A program made the translations under genes and the position numbers. Source: Candidatus Latescibacterota bacterium (lineage in GTDB: Bacteria; Latescibacterota; UBA2968). From it: 64,000 nt of DNA. The notes below the pieces were generated by a model that was given only the letters and a program-made list of their open reading frames with translations, made no database searches and was not told where the DNA came from. Below are positions 1 to 11,443 of this stretch, one piece after another. The stretch is taken from contig OZ240241.1 in assembly GCA_965198115.1 (NCBI GenBank), forward strand, positions 2,272,001 to 2,336,000. Reading direction: 5' to 3'. Numbering within the stretch: the first letter of the stretch is position 1; every line of letters begins with the position of its first letter.

Positions 1-224
1 GGATCTATTTCAAGTGCACAACCAATCTGGTAGACACGTTCAGGGAACGCTACCCGACGGAATTTCGATACGGGGGAACTCGGTGTATCATCTTCGACAA
101 AGATGATCCGATTCCGGTGGGCAAACTACGACGATGTATCGCGTTAGCCCTCACCTACCACCTAAACAAAAAGTTGGAGCAAGAAGCCAGGTGGGAAACC
201 GTAGAGAAGCGATTCACAAAATGA
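1..224 (+). CDS. 3' part of a DUF1801 (YdhG-like) protein, truncated by the window edge
   Basis: Manual translation of frame 3: IYFKCTTNLVDTFRERYPTEFRYGGTRCIIF...CIALALTYH..., ending at TGA 222-224. Resembles DUF1801 C-termini. Not in the ORF track. Confidence 0.65.
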   Translation, partial: IYFKCTTNLVDTFRERYPTEFRYGGTRCIIFDKDDPIPVGKLRRCIALALTYHLNKKLEQEARWETVEKRFTK

Positions 225-440
225 GGATCGTCTTGGGACGAAGTCGTCGGAGGTGAGGACCAGAGAATCTGTCGACATTCCCCGGTTCATGAGCAACCCA
301 CCCGTCGTCCTGATAGAACAGATGAACAGATCCAGCCGACTTTTGACTGTTTGAACGTGCGACCCTTCCCTACCTTGGCCTGAAGGCTGGACTACGCGTG
401 TCGATGTGTCTGCCTAACCGTCCGATTTTGTGGGAGACCT

Positions 441-1343
441 ATGGCCGATAGCCCGTATGTCATGACCGATGAGGAAAAGTAATACTTCGACCTCCGGGGG
501 TATCTCATCCTCCGAAACGTGCTTTCTCGGGAGAAGGTCGAAGCCTGCAATCACGCCATCGATCAGTTTGCCGACCGGATCGTGCCAAGCAAAGAAATCG
601 GCGTCCTCTCCCGGGGCTCGGAAGCGCTGGCTGGTGAAGGCCGGAACGAACTGCGAGGCATGCTCGGCTGGCCCGAACCCTACCGCACTCCCTTCCGCAG
701 GCTTCTGGTCCACCCGATGGTCGTATCTCGCCTCAACGAACTCTGTGGCAAAGGGTTCCGACTCGACCACGGCCCTCAACTCATCATCACCGAAAGAGGG
801 TCCGAGGGCCATTGGTTGCACGGCTCGGGCGAACCCTTTAACCCAGCCGTCGGCTACCACCAGCAGAACGGCAGAATCTTCGCTCGAGGTGTGACCGTCT
901 CGTGGCAGCTCACCGACGTCAACGCCGGCGATGGCGGCTTCGTCATCGTCCCCGGCAGTCACAAGAACGCCGAGCCCACGCCCGAAGACCTGCGTCTGAT
1001 GAAAGACGACATGGGCGTCGTAGAACAGCCTGTCTTGAAAGCCGGCGACGTTCTCTTCTTCTGCGAAACGGCCACCCACGGCACGTTGCCCTGGAAAAGC
1101 GGCAGCCAACGCCGCTCTCTGTTATACAAGTACGCCGAACGGGGTGCCGCCCGATCCGTGGGCCGGTACTTCACGCCGCAGGAGCGCCACGGCGAATGGA
1201 CGAACGAACTCACCCCCGAGCAGCAGGCGCTCCTCTACGGCCCCGGGATGCATCGCGACGGCAAGGAGGTGCTTATTCCCGCAATTGACTCGGATGGGGA
1301 GAAGGTCTGGTTGTCGGACGAGGAGATTCGAATATTCGGGTAG
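441..1343 (+). pseudogene. PhyH-family Fe(II)/2OG dioxygenase, HGS variant, with an in-frame TAA at codon 14
   Basis: ATG 441 follows GGGAG. It reads MADSPYVMTDEEK*YFDLRGYLILRNVL in frame with ORF 519..1343. Motifs GGFVIVPGSH, AGDVLFF, THGT and RRS are present. TAA at 480-482. Confidence 0.8.
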
Positions 1344-1395
1344 GTACGAGGCGTGACTCTCCCACGTCGTTCAGGAACGACATTGCGAGGCTATT

Positions 1396-2340
1396 ATGGA
1401 CGCCAAAGAACGCTACCTCTGGGATCTGAAAGGACATCTGATCCTCCGCGACGTCCTTGGCAAAGAGGAACTCAAAGCCGCAAACGACGCCATCGACTTC
1501 TGCGCCGACCGCATCACGCCGGGCGATGCAAACCGTTTGTCAAGAGGCTCGACTTTTCTCCAAGGGCTGGGGCGGCCCGGGTTGCGGGGCACCAATCTGC
1601 TCGACATCGAGAAGCCTCACTGTAACATCTTTCGGAAACTACTGGTCCACCCAGTCGTCATGTCCCGTCTGAAAGTCATGTGCGGCCAGGGCTTCCGTCT
1701 CGACCACGGCCCCCAGTTCATCGGTGGCGTCAAGGGTACCTCCGGGCACGCCCTCCACGGCTCCGGAGCCCCCCATAAACCCTATGTCGCCTACCGAAAC
1801 AGGCACGGTGAGATGCACTGCGCCGGCGTCACCGTCTCCTGGCAACTGGCTAAGGTTCCCGCAGGCAAAGGCGGCTTCGCCTGCGTCCCCGGCTCCCACA
1901 GATCCGACTTCGACATGCCCGAAGGCGTGCGCACCGTCGACAGCGACATGGGCACTTCCATCAACCCCGAAGCCAACCCGGGCGACGTCGTCTTCTTTAT
2001 GGACGGGGCACAGACCCACGGCACCTATCCCTGGGTGAACGACCACGAGCGCCGTTCCATCCTCTACAAGTTCGCTTCACGCACCGCTGTGCGCACCGGT
2101 GTCTCCGTCCAGATGGCGCCCCCGGAAATCTACTGGGAAGAGAACATTGTCGAAGGTATGGAACCGGAAGAGCGAGCTGTCATGTTTGGCCCCTGCTCGG
2201 GTCACGGAGGCCTGGTTCCTTCTCTGGACGTCACTGAAGACGGCTCACTCATCGTCGAGGGTGGCGACGAAACCAAAGCGCCCCCTACGGCCGATGGACT
2301 ACCACGACGAACGTCTCAGAAAGCCACGCCGACAGGGTAG
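1396..2340 (+). CDS. PhyH-family Fe(II)/2OG dioxygenase, HGS variant
   Basis: Motifs YLWDLKGHLIL, FRLDHGPQ, LHGSG, GGFACVPGSH, PGDVVFF, THGT and RRSILYK. Paralog of the upstream gene. Confidence 0.88.
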   Translation: MDAKERYLWDLKGHLILRDVLGKEELKAANDAIDFCADRITPGDANRLSRGSTFLQGLGRPGLRGTNLLDIEKPHCNIFRKLLVHPVVMSRLKVMCGQGFRLDHGPQFIGGVKGTSGHALHGSGAPHKPYVAYRNRHGEMHCAGVTVSWQLAKVPAGKGGFACVPGSHRSDFDMPEGVRTVDSDMGTSINPEANPGDVVFFMDGAQTHGTYPWVNDHERRSILYKFASRTAVRTGVSVQMAPPEIYWEENIVEGMEPEERAVMFGPCSGHGGLVPSLDVTEDGSLIVEGGDETKAPPTADGLPRRTSQKATPTG

Positions 2341-2370
2341 GGCTCTTAGACCCAACCAAAAGGATTTCCC

Positions 2371-2408
2371 AGCCTCGCAGGTCGCGCACCGGCGGGGCTT
2401 CTTGTTGT
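2371..2408 (+). terminator. possible intrinsic terminator
   Basis: AGCCTCGCAGGT...ACCGGCGGGGCT forms an imperfect GC stem followed by TCTTGTTG, about 30 nt after the stop. Confidence 0.35.
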
Positions 2409-2417
2409 GCTTAGGAT

Positions 2418-2704
2418 CCGAATCTGACCGACCCGGAGCATTCGTTCGGGTTGGCCACGCGGGATCTGCTGCCGATCGGTCTGGTGGGTGTGATGCTGGC
2501 TTCGATGACCGCGGCGGTCATATCGTCGTTTGATTCGTTTATGGTAGATGGGTCCGCACTCTTCGTCGAGAATTTCTACAAACCGTAGATTCGTTCCGAT
2601 TCGCCGGAGAAGCACTGCATGAACGTAGGACGCGTTGCCGCGGTGGGAGTCGTGGCTGCAGGTCTTGCCTGCTCCGGCCTGTCGGAGTCGGTCACGAGAG
2701 CGTG
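2418..2704 (+). pseudogene. internal relic of a sodium:solute symporter (SSS family)
   Basis: Manual translation: PNLTDPEHSFGLATRDLLPIGLVGVMLASMTAAVISSFDSFMVDGSALFVENFYKP*IRSDSPEKHCMNVGRVAAVGVVAAG. This is typical of SSS transmembrane segments. There is no start codon, and an internal TAG sits at 2586. Confidence 0.7.
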
Positions 2705-3415
2705 AAATTCTCCGTGCTGTTCGTGGCCGGCTCGAGCCACTGGAAACGACATCCAGGTCGCATGGTTTTTCCGTTGGATCTCTTTAGACAAGAATCATAT
2801 TCTCGTCACACATAGACACCGGCATCTGTTCGTCGCTGGCAGATCTGAATGAGCCAGTGAAACTTGAAGCCAGTGGCGATCTCCAGGTACTCTCGTTACA
2901 ATGTGCTCCAATGAGGGTGATTGGGGCGGCACGATGTTCAGGTGAGAGATTATTCATGATCCGGACATTCGTAGACACGCTGTATCCCGTTGCTTATTCG
3001 ATTCGGCTCGTGACAACCGCCGTAGTTCTCTCCATGTCATCCGTGTCTCAGGCAGGGGGATCCGAACCAACTCTGGCCCGGTTGTCTTTCTGGGTGCCTG
3101 GTGAGGCTACGAGATTCGAGGTCGATTATCGGGCTAGGGTCCTTCCGATTCTCCAGCGCCACGGACTTCGGGCATCTTCGAGAACCGCTCGGGCGACCCC
3201 TGACAGCGTGTTCAGCCGGCTGTTCGAGTTCGAGACACCGAGCGAGCTCCGGCGGGTGTGGGACATCTTACGGCAAGACGCGGGATGGCTGAAAGTCATG
3301 CGTAGACTGGCCACGGATCGGATCGTAAACGAGGACGGCCTGATAAGGCATCGCTTCGAAATCTACACAACACCTGTCGGACAGGGCCGGATTGTGAATC
3401 AGACCGCTTAAAAAG

Positions 3416-4835
3416 GGCTATATCCGGATCTCTCAACGAGATGAAGTGGGTGAAGGTGCCGTGGTTCCTGGCATGGGGGCGCGGTTAGCGTGTGCGGAAC
3501 CTCTTCGGAATCTGCTCAGGGATGTTTATGTCTCCGACGGTAAGGAAGATCATATCGTTGAATGCGTCGAGTGTGCGGAATCCGCTGGCTCGGTTCTTGA
3601 CGATTTGGACGATTCGGTTGAGGCCTTCGGCGATGGCGTTGGTAAGACGCGTGTTCACGAATGCGAGGACGCCGAAGAAGTGCTGTCGCAGGGTCCTGAC
3701 GAACTTTCGCAGGGGTTCAAGTCGACTTCTGAGTGCGGACGTCGTCCAGCATTTCAGGAAGCGTTCGGCAGCCCAGGGCGCTTTGTATTCCCAGAACTGC
3801 TCGAACTCGTCCTTGAGTCTCCAGGCTCTATAGATTCGGTAGTTCGCCTTCTCCAGTGCTTTGAGTGTCCGAGTATCCCCTCTGGAGCGTGTCGCTGAGT
3901 GCCGGTAGAGGAGCCATCGGAGGCCCTTCATGGCTTTGCGCTCATCCGGGGCAGCTTTACGCCACTGGTCCTTACGGACCTCGTCAACGGCGGCATTGAG
4001 AGCCTTGACGATGTGAAAGCGATCGAGGACCAGCTTGGCATTCGGACAGTGTTCCTGGATGGCTCCGATGTAAGCTTCGCTCATGTCGCAGCAGGCCCAC
4101 TCGATCTTGGATCTCCGGTAGGGACTGAGAGCCTCTGTGAAGAACCGATCGATCGTTTTACGCGCCCTGCCGCGGCCAACCCACACCACGCAGGAGCGGT
4201 CCAGATCGTAAACGAGCGTGGCGTACCTGTGACGCTTGGCGTAGGAGATCTCGTCGATCCCGATGGTTTTGAGCCCTCGGATACGATGACCTTCACGAAG
4301 CCGCGTGATGGATCGGTGAAGGAGATCCGACAGCGTCGAGGCAGAGATGCGCAGTAACTCGGACGCCGCCTTCTGCGTCATGGTCTGGCAGTAGCGCAGC
4401 ATGGCATACTCGAAGCGATACGTCACCCGAGAGAACCGCTCCGCCCACGGAATCTCCTCGACCACACGACCGTGGGTAGGACACCGAATCTCCCGAGGAT
4501 GGTAGAGAAGCCAGACCCTCCACCCGCACACCGGAATGTCACGCCACCGACGCGGATGGGGCATTGTGCGGACGATTTTACCTCGACGGCCGCACTCCGG
4601 ACAACAACAACCATTCTTATGTGGCTTTACGGCGATGACGAAACAGCTTCTCCCCTCAAACCACCAGCTGACAACACGGAACCCCTTGAATCTCAGCAGT
4701 TTCGATAGTAATCTGCTCCCGGTCATAGGTCGCACCCCCTTCGCTTTGATTGTCCTACACACACAACCAAGCGTAGGGAACGATCTATGACCTTGTCATT
4801 CTATAGTTTCACCGTTGAGAAACCCGGATAGAGCC
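3416..4835 (-). mobile_element. ISL3-family IS, copy 1 (1420 bp)
   Basis: Imperfect IRs GGCTATATCCGGATCTCTCAACG / CGTTGAGAAACCCGGATAGAGCC. 8-bp TSD TTAAAAAG at 3408-3415 and 4836-4843. Confidence 0.95.
3485..4762 (-). CDS. ISL3-family transposase
   Basis: Zn-finger CPECG..RCPTHG, IGIDE, CCDM, LDRFH and TNAIAEGLN..K....GFR. The start may be ATG 4726. Confidence 0.95.
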   Translation of the reverse strand: MCRTIKAKGVRPMTGSRLLSKLLRFKGFRVVSWWFEGRSCFVIAVKPHKNGCCCPECGRRGKIVRTMPHPRRWRDIPVCGWRVWLLYHPREIRCPTHGRVVEEIPWAERFSRVTYRFEYAMLRYCQTMTQKAASELLRISASTLSDLLHRSITRLREGHRIRGLKTIGIDEISYAKRHRYATLVYDLDRSCVVWVGRGRARKTIDRFFTEALSPYRRSKIEWACCDMSEAYIGAIQEHCPNAKLVLDRFHIVKALNAAVDEVRKDQWRKAAPDERKAMKGLRWLLYRHSATRSRGDTRTLKALEKANYRIYRAWRLKDEFEQFWEYKAPWAAERFLKCWTTSALRSRLEPLRKFVRTLRQHFFGVLAFVNTRLTNAIAEGLNRIVQIVKNRASGFRTLDAFNDMIFLTVGDINIPEQIPKRFRTR

Positions 4836-7800
4836 TTAAAAAGGCCGGTGGAAAGTCCTGGACATTACGAGCGGGCTCGTTCACGGAGTCGTACAGTCAT
4901 CCCTGCAGGATCAAGAAGGTTATCTCTGGTTCGGGACCAAGAATGGCGTGAGCCGGTATGATGGGAATACATTTACGACACTGACTCGAGAGGACGGGCT
5001 GGCGAACAACGAAATCCAGGCGATGCTCCAGGATCGAGAAGGTGACCTCTGGTTCGGGACCAAAGGGGGTGTCAGCCGATACGATGGGAAGACTTTTGTG
5101 ACTTGGACCGAAGAAGACGGGCTGGCAAGTAATATCGTGCGTTCAATCGTGCAGGATCGAGAGGGGTATCTGTGGTTCGGTACGGAGGCTGGTGTCAGCC
5201 GTTATGATGGGAAATCTCGCTCCTCGAGCGACCCTGATACAGAGACTTCAGAGCATATCGAGCAGACCTTCACGACCTGGACTGAAGAGGGCGGGCTTAC
5301 GAATAATAACGTACGAGCTGTCGTTCAGGATCGAGAAGGGTATCTGTGGTTCGGAACAGACGGAGGCGTGAGTCGGTATGGCTCTTCTTTGGATCTTGGG
5401 CTCACGGATTCAGGTCGCTCACACCAGCCCCGCAAGAGGACTTTCAAGAACCTAACGACAGATGATGGCTTGGTTCACAATCAAGTGTTTTCGCTGGCCC
5501 AGGACAAAGAGGGATACCTCTGGTTCGGCACCAGGGGTGGTGTGAGCAAGTACGATGGAAAAGTATTCACGAACTTTACGACGTCAGAGGGTCTGCCGAC
5601 TAATCGGGTAAGCACGTTACACGCGGATAAGGAAGGAACGGTCTGGATCGGCACGAGAGGCGGCGGTGTTTGTCAGTATGACTCAGTCTCGTTTGAAGAA
5701 ACAGGTCGGGCATTCACCACCTTCACGACGGAAGATGGCCTTGCCCACGGCTGGGTGTACTCGATCATTCGGGATCGGGAAGGGTATCTCTGGTTTGGCA
5801 CAAGGGCCGGCGTGAGCCGGTATGATGAGCATTACCTTACGACCTTTACTCAAGATGACGGACTGGCATCCCGTGCGGTCAACACGGTCCTCGAGGACAA
5901 TACTGGAGACTTATGGTTCGGTACCTGGGATGGCGCTATTCGGTATGACGGGAAGACGTTCACGACGTTTTCTTCGGCCGACGGGCTCATCGACGATGAT
6001 GTGTGGTCGCTTTTTCAGGACTCGGTTGGAAACATCTGGGTCGGTACCAACGGTGGGCTGAGTCGATTCGATGGCAGGATCTTCACGAATTTCACGACTC
6101 AGGACGGGCTGCCGGACGACGAAGTGAGTGCGATCCTTCAGGCTCGGGACGGGACGCTCTGGTTCGGGACGGAGGATGGTGTGAGCCGGTATGATGGAGA
6201 GACATTCACCAACTTTACGACCGAAGCCGGCCTGGCTGACAACGAAGTTGAATCGGTCTTCCAGGACCGAGACGGAACATTCTGGTTTGGGACCGAGGGA
6301 GGCTTGAGCCGCTATGACGGCAAGACTTTCACGAATTTCACAACAGAAGATGGCCTGGCAGGAAACGATGTGCGGTCGATCTTTCAGGATCGCGCCGGGA
6401 TGCTCTGGTTTGGAACCTGGGGAGGTGGCGCCAGCTGCTATGATGGGCAGATTTTTCAGACGCTCACACGCAGAGATGGTCTGTCAAGTAACTCGGTGGT
6501 CTCGATTCTTCAGGACCACAATGGCGACCTCTGGTTTGCCAACCCCGACAACGGCGTAACGCGTTATCGAATGCGATCGGCGGTGCCACCTTCGGTATTT
6601 ATCGACGCCGTGGTGGCAGATCGCCGTTACGAGGGATCCCGTCGTCTGGACGTACAGTACGGCGCAGGTTTAACTGCCTTTGAGTTTCGCGGAATCAGCC
6701 TCAAGACGAGACCCGAAGCGATGGTGTATCGATACAGGCTCGTTGGGCACGATCCCAACTGGTACAACACTCGAACCCGACGCGTTGAATATCAGGACCT
6801 GTCACCGGGATCATACACGTTCGAAGTGCTGGCTGTGAGCAGAGACCTAATACCTTCCGAGAAGCCGGCCACGGTTTCGTTCCGAATCCTTCTGCCCTAC
6901 GCGCAGATCGGATGGGGAGCGGCGATGAGTCTTGCTCTGGGTATGATTGTTTGGCAGGCGATCCGAATCGTTCAGCGAGGCAGGAAGCTGCACGCATCTA
7001 ATCGAGCGCTTCAAGAAGCGCACGACACACTTGAAGTGCGTGTTGTGGAGCGGACGACTGCTCTCCATGAATCAAACACCCGGCTGAAAGAGGAAGTCGC
7101 CGAGCGAGAACGTACTGAACGGAGCTTGGTACGTCTGGAGCGACTCCGAGCTCTGGGCGAGCTGTCGGCCGGCATTTCTCACAACCTGAACAACATCCTT
7201 ACCGGTGTGATGGGTCCGGCTTTGATGCTCAAGAGTCGGAACACCGATCCTGAGACGACCCGAGGAATCGAGGAGATCATCAGGAGCGGCCTGCGAGCTC
7301 GCGACCTCGTGAGTCGGCTGCACAAAGCCGTGCGCGGCCAGGATGACGGCACTGAGCCTGTGGACGTGAACATCGTAGTTCAAAATGCGGTCCAGGATGC
7401 ACGACCTCGGTGGAAGGATGAAGCGGAAGCAAAGGGGATTACGATCGAGGTTGTGACCGAGACGCAAGACGTGCCGACGATTCGAGGTAACACGTCCGGT
7501 ATGCACGACATCGTGATCAATCTGCTGTTCAACGCGATCGACGCCATGCCAAAGGGTGGAACCATCCACGTCAGCACGGCGCCGTGCGAGACGGGTACCC
7601 GGCTGGTGGTAACCGATACGGGCCACGGGATGGACAAAGAAACGCTCGACCGGGTGTTTGAGCCTTTTTTCACGACCAAGATGGATGTAGGTACGGGTCT
7701 CGGCCTGTCGACGGTTTATGGAACGGTGACCAGATGGGGCGGACAAATCGACCTGGAGAGCGAGCCCGGTATAGGCACAACGTTTGTCGTGAGCCTTCAG

Positions 7801-8436
7801 CGGTGGAAAGGGTTCGAACCGACCACAGACGAGTTTCCGAGAGCAACCATTCCCGGGCCGGTCGCCTCCTTATTGTCGACGACGACAACTTGGTACGTCG
7901 CTTTCTAAGTCTACTCCTGTCGCAGGAACACGAGGTAGACACGTTCCGGACTGGACCTGAAGTTCTTGACAACTTCGCGCCAGGGCGATATGACGTGGCA
8001 TTAATCGATCTGGGTATGCCAGGCATGAGGGGCGATGAGTTAGCGGGACAGCTGCGGAAGATGGATCCAACCCTTTCGACGGTGCTCGTTACGGGGTGGG
8101 AGATCGGAAGCGAGGATACCCGCGGACAGAAATTTGATTTCCTGGTGCGAAAACCGATCGAGGACTTGGACGTGCTTCGCGATGTAGTGGCGCGCGCCAT
8201 CATTCAGCACGACGTACGATCGAGAACCTGAAAAGGAAGTCAGTTCCTCGCCCACGGGAGGATAGGAAGAACAATCGAGCTTCTCTTCTCCCAAGGCAGC
8301 GGAATCCGGGTCGGGTTTTCCTCGATCGGCTCACCTGGCACCGACACAACGCTCAAAACAGCAGCACTTGCGGCTCCGCCTGACGACTCTTGATCTAACT
8401 TGCCCTCGCATTTGCAACGCTTACTCCGAACCGTAA

Positions 8437-9822
8437 ATGGAAACGACTATGGCAAAAACTACACCCAACGTCATCCTCATCATGGCCGATGACCAAGGCT
8501 GGGGACAGACGGGCTACTACGACCACCCCATCTTGAAGACCCCCAACCTGGACGCGATGGAAAAGAATGGTCTGCGATTCGACCGCTTCTACGCCGGCGC
8601 GCCCGTCTGTTCTCCGACACGCGCATCCGTGATGACCGGTCGCTCGAACGATCGTTCAGGTGTGTTCAGCCACGGCTGTGCCATGTACCTTCAGGAACGA
8701 ACGATCGCCCAGGCCATGCAGAACGCCGGCTACACAACGGGTCACTTCGGCAAGTGGCACCTCAGCGGCTTTATGGGTCCTGGCGCACCCATCCTCGAAG
8801 AGAACCCCAGACATCCGGGCCACTTCGGCTTCGACCACTGGCTCTCGGTCACGAACTTCTTCGATCGGGACCCGCTCCTGAGCCGACTCGGCGCCTTCGA
8901 ACAGTTCGAAGGAGACTCCTCCGATGTCGCCATGGAACAGGCCATCAGCTTCATCCGTACTCAGCACGCAACCGGCAACCCGTTCTTCACCGTCGTTTGG
9001 TACGGTACACCGCACAGCCCCTGGATCGCGGGTGAAGAGGACAAGGTCGACTTCACCCACCTCAGCGACATCGAGCAGAATCACTACGGCGAATTGGTCG
9101 CCATGGACCGGAGTATTGGCACGCTGCGAAGCACTTTGAGAGAGCTGGCAATCGAGAACGACACGATCGTCTGGTTCAACAGCGACAATGGGGGACTCGA
9201 ACCATTCGGACCGGCCACCGTTGGCGGGCTCAGGGGCTGGAAAGGTACATTGTATGAAGGCGGCCTGCGCGTTCCCGCCATCATCGAGTGGCCGAACGGG
9301 ATTCCCGACCCACGGAGGACCTCCTACCCGGCCGGAACGATCGACATCTTCTCGACGATCATCGACATCTCTGGCATCGAGCCCTCCGTTCTCCTGCACC
9401 CGCAGGATGGAAGGAGCATCAAACCGCTCTTCACCGGCGAGATCGGCCCGAGGGACACCCCCATCCCCTTTCGATACAACGGTGGCGGCGCACTCATCGA
9501 CAACGACCTCAAAATCATCCTCGACGACGTCAATGGCGAGGACGTCCAGCTCTACAATCTGGCAGCCGATCCAGAGGAGACAACAGACCTCTCCGAATCG
9601 CAACCCGATGTAGCGTCGGCAATGAAGCAACAGTTCGACGAATGGAATCTCCAGGTCGAAGCCAGCCTCAGAGGCGAGGACTACACGGAAGGAACCATCA
9701 CCATTCCCAATCCCGAACGCCGCGACTAGATGCTCGACCCCTCCTACGCCCTACTCATTCCCGAGTGGAAGGACCGACCCGAATTCAGAACCCGCTGGGA
9801 AAGACTTCAGGATCCGAAGTAA
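8437..9822 (+). CDS. S1 sulfatase (GalNAc-6-sulfatase-like) with a probable premature TAG at 9727
   Basis: Motifs MADDQGW, CSPTR, GKWHL, SDNGG and KGTLYEGGLRVP. The frame continues past TAG as MLDPSYALLIPEWKDRPEF to TAA 9820-9822, consistent with TGG>TAG. Confidence 0.88.
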
Positions 9823-9888
9823 TGCTGGGGACCAGAGCCATCATCCACGAACAGGTATTCATAAAGAGCCGTCAACCTGTGAGGAAGC

Positions 9889-11370
9889 ATGCCCGACAGT
9901 AAACCCAACATCATCTACATCCTCGCCGACGACATGGGCTACGGAGACACGGGGTGCAACAACCCCGACTCCAAAATCCCCACCCCCAACCTGGACCTCC
10001 TCGCGTCGCAAGGCATGCGATTCACCGACGCTCACGCCCCCTCCAGCGTCTGCACCCCGAGCCGATACGCCCTCCTCACCGGACGCTACTGCTGGCGAAC
10101 CCCTCTTAAGAATGGTGTCCTGTGGCCCTTCGACCCTCCCCTCATCGAGCCCGATCGCCTGACCGTGGCCGGGATGCTTCGTCAGCTCGGATACAGAACG
10201 GCCTGCATCGGAAAATGGCACCTTGGCTGGGAATGGGGGACCCACGACGGAAGGCCGGCGAACAGCGGAACCCAAATCGGCAGCCGGGACGCGGATAAAC
10301 GCCTGGCACTGGAACAGAACATCGACTACGAGCAGCCCATGCGAGGAGGACCCATAGACTGCGGGTTCGAACACTACTTCGGTGTTGACGTCCCCAACTT
10401 CCCACCCTACGCCTGGTTCGAACAGGATCGGTTGACTGATCAGCCGACTGAAGAAAAACCGGACGAGATGTTCGGCGCACCCGGGCGAATGGTCTCCGGC
10501 TGGAAGCTGGAAGAAATGATCCCTGAATTCGTTCGGCGAGCGGTCGACTACATCGAATCGTCGGGGCCCGATCCTTTCTTCCTTTATCTCCCCCTCACCT
10601 CACCCCACACACCCATCGTACCAAACGATGAATTCATCGGTCGGAGCGAATCCGGGCTCTACGGCGACTTCGTATGTGAAGTTGATTGGCTCGTGGGTGA
10701 AGTCATGGCAGTCCTGGAGCGCAAGGGGATCGCGGACGAGACGCTGCTCATCTTTACGAGCGACAATGGCCCCGAGTGCATCCAGGCCGCGGCCGGAGGA
10801 TGCTACGAGCAGATTCGGAGTTTCGGCCACTACAGCATGGCCCACCTGCGTGGTGTCAAACGCGACACCTGGGAGGGCGGCCATCGTATCCCCTTCATCG
10901 CTCGTTGGCCCGGTGTCACCCCACCCGGCACGGTGTGCGATCAGCTCACCATCCTCGGCGACCTCCTTGCCACCTGCGCCGAACTGAACGGCGTTGAGCT
11001 CGAGGGAGAAGAGGGCGAAGACAGCGTCAGCATCCTTTCGCTGCTCCAGGGCAGGATCGACACTCCCGTAAGGGACTTCGCCATCCACCACAGTGCCCAG
11101 GGCAACTTCGCCATCCGAAAGGGAAAATGGGTCTTCATCGACGCTCCCAGCGGCGATGACAATCGGGAGCCCGACTGGTTCAAGAAGAAACGGGGGTACA
11201 CACCACACGATCATCCCGGTGAGCTCTTCAACCTCGACGAAGATATCTCCGAACGACGTAACCTCTACGCCGAACACCCAGACGTTGTAGGGGAGCTGTC
11301 CCGAACCCTTGCTGACGTCAAGCCACCGGACGTATCGAATAGACCTTCTCCAGTGATCGAATCCGAGTGA
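9889..11370 (+). CDS. arylsulfatase (S1 family)
   Basis: Motifs LADDMGYGD, CTPSR, GKWHLG, SDNG and KRDTWEGGHRIP. Confidence 0.93.
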   Translation: MPDSKPNIIYILADDMGYGDTGCNNPDSKIPTPNLDLLASQGMRFTDAHAPSSVCTPSRYALLTGRYCWRTPLKNGVLWPFDPPLIEPDRLTVAGMLRQLGYRTACIGKWHLGWEWGTHDGRPANSGTQIGSRDADKRLALEQNIDYEQPMRGGPIDCGFEHYFGVDVPNFPPYAWFEQDRLTDQPTEEKPDEMFGAPGRMVSGWKLEEMIPEFVRRAVDYIESSGPDPFFLYLPLTSPHTPIVPNDEFIGRSESGLYGDFVCEVDWLVGEVMAVLERKGIADETLLIFTSDNGPECIQAAAGGCYEQIRSFGHYSMAHLRGVKRDTWEGGHRIPFIARWPGVTPPGTVCDQLTILGDLLATCAELNGVELEGEEGEDSVSILSLLQGRIDTPVRDFAIHHSAQGNFAIRKGKWVFIDAPSGDDNREPDWFKKKRGYTPHDHPGELFNLDEDISERRNLYAEHPDVVGELSRTLADVKPPDVSNRPSPVIESE

Positions 11371-11443
11371 CGGTCCACACTGGATCTTTCGAAGCCTGAT
11401 CTCACGGAGCGAATCCAGATCGCATAAAGGACGATTTTTGCCG

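Larger units (their letters stand above)
2956..8231 (+). pseudogene. hybrid sensor histidine kinase/response regulator (Reg_prop beta-propellers, Y_Y_Y, TM, HisKA, HATPase_c, REC), interrupted by ISL3 and frameshifted before REC
   Basis: The N-terminal part is 2956-3411. The frame resumes at 4840 (KGRWKVLDITSGL...QDQEGYLWFGT). It contains repeated QDREGYLWFGT/GVSRYD blades, H-box SHNLNNIL, NAIDAM, DTGHG, FFTTK and GTGLGL. The REC domain (LLIVDDD, IDLGMPG, KP) is in another frame, about 7850-8231. Confidence 0.88.

Noticed and set aside
4900-6570. CRISPR-like or DGR-like periodic repeats
   Set aside because: These are degenerate coding repeats of Reg_prop propeller blades. The same applies to the PD40 repeats at 61620-62400. 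No cas or RT gene is present.
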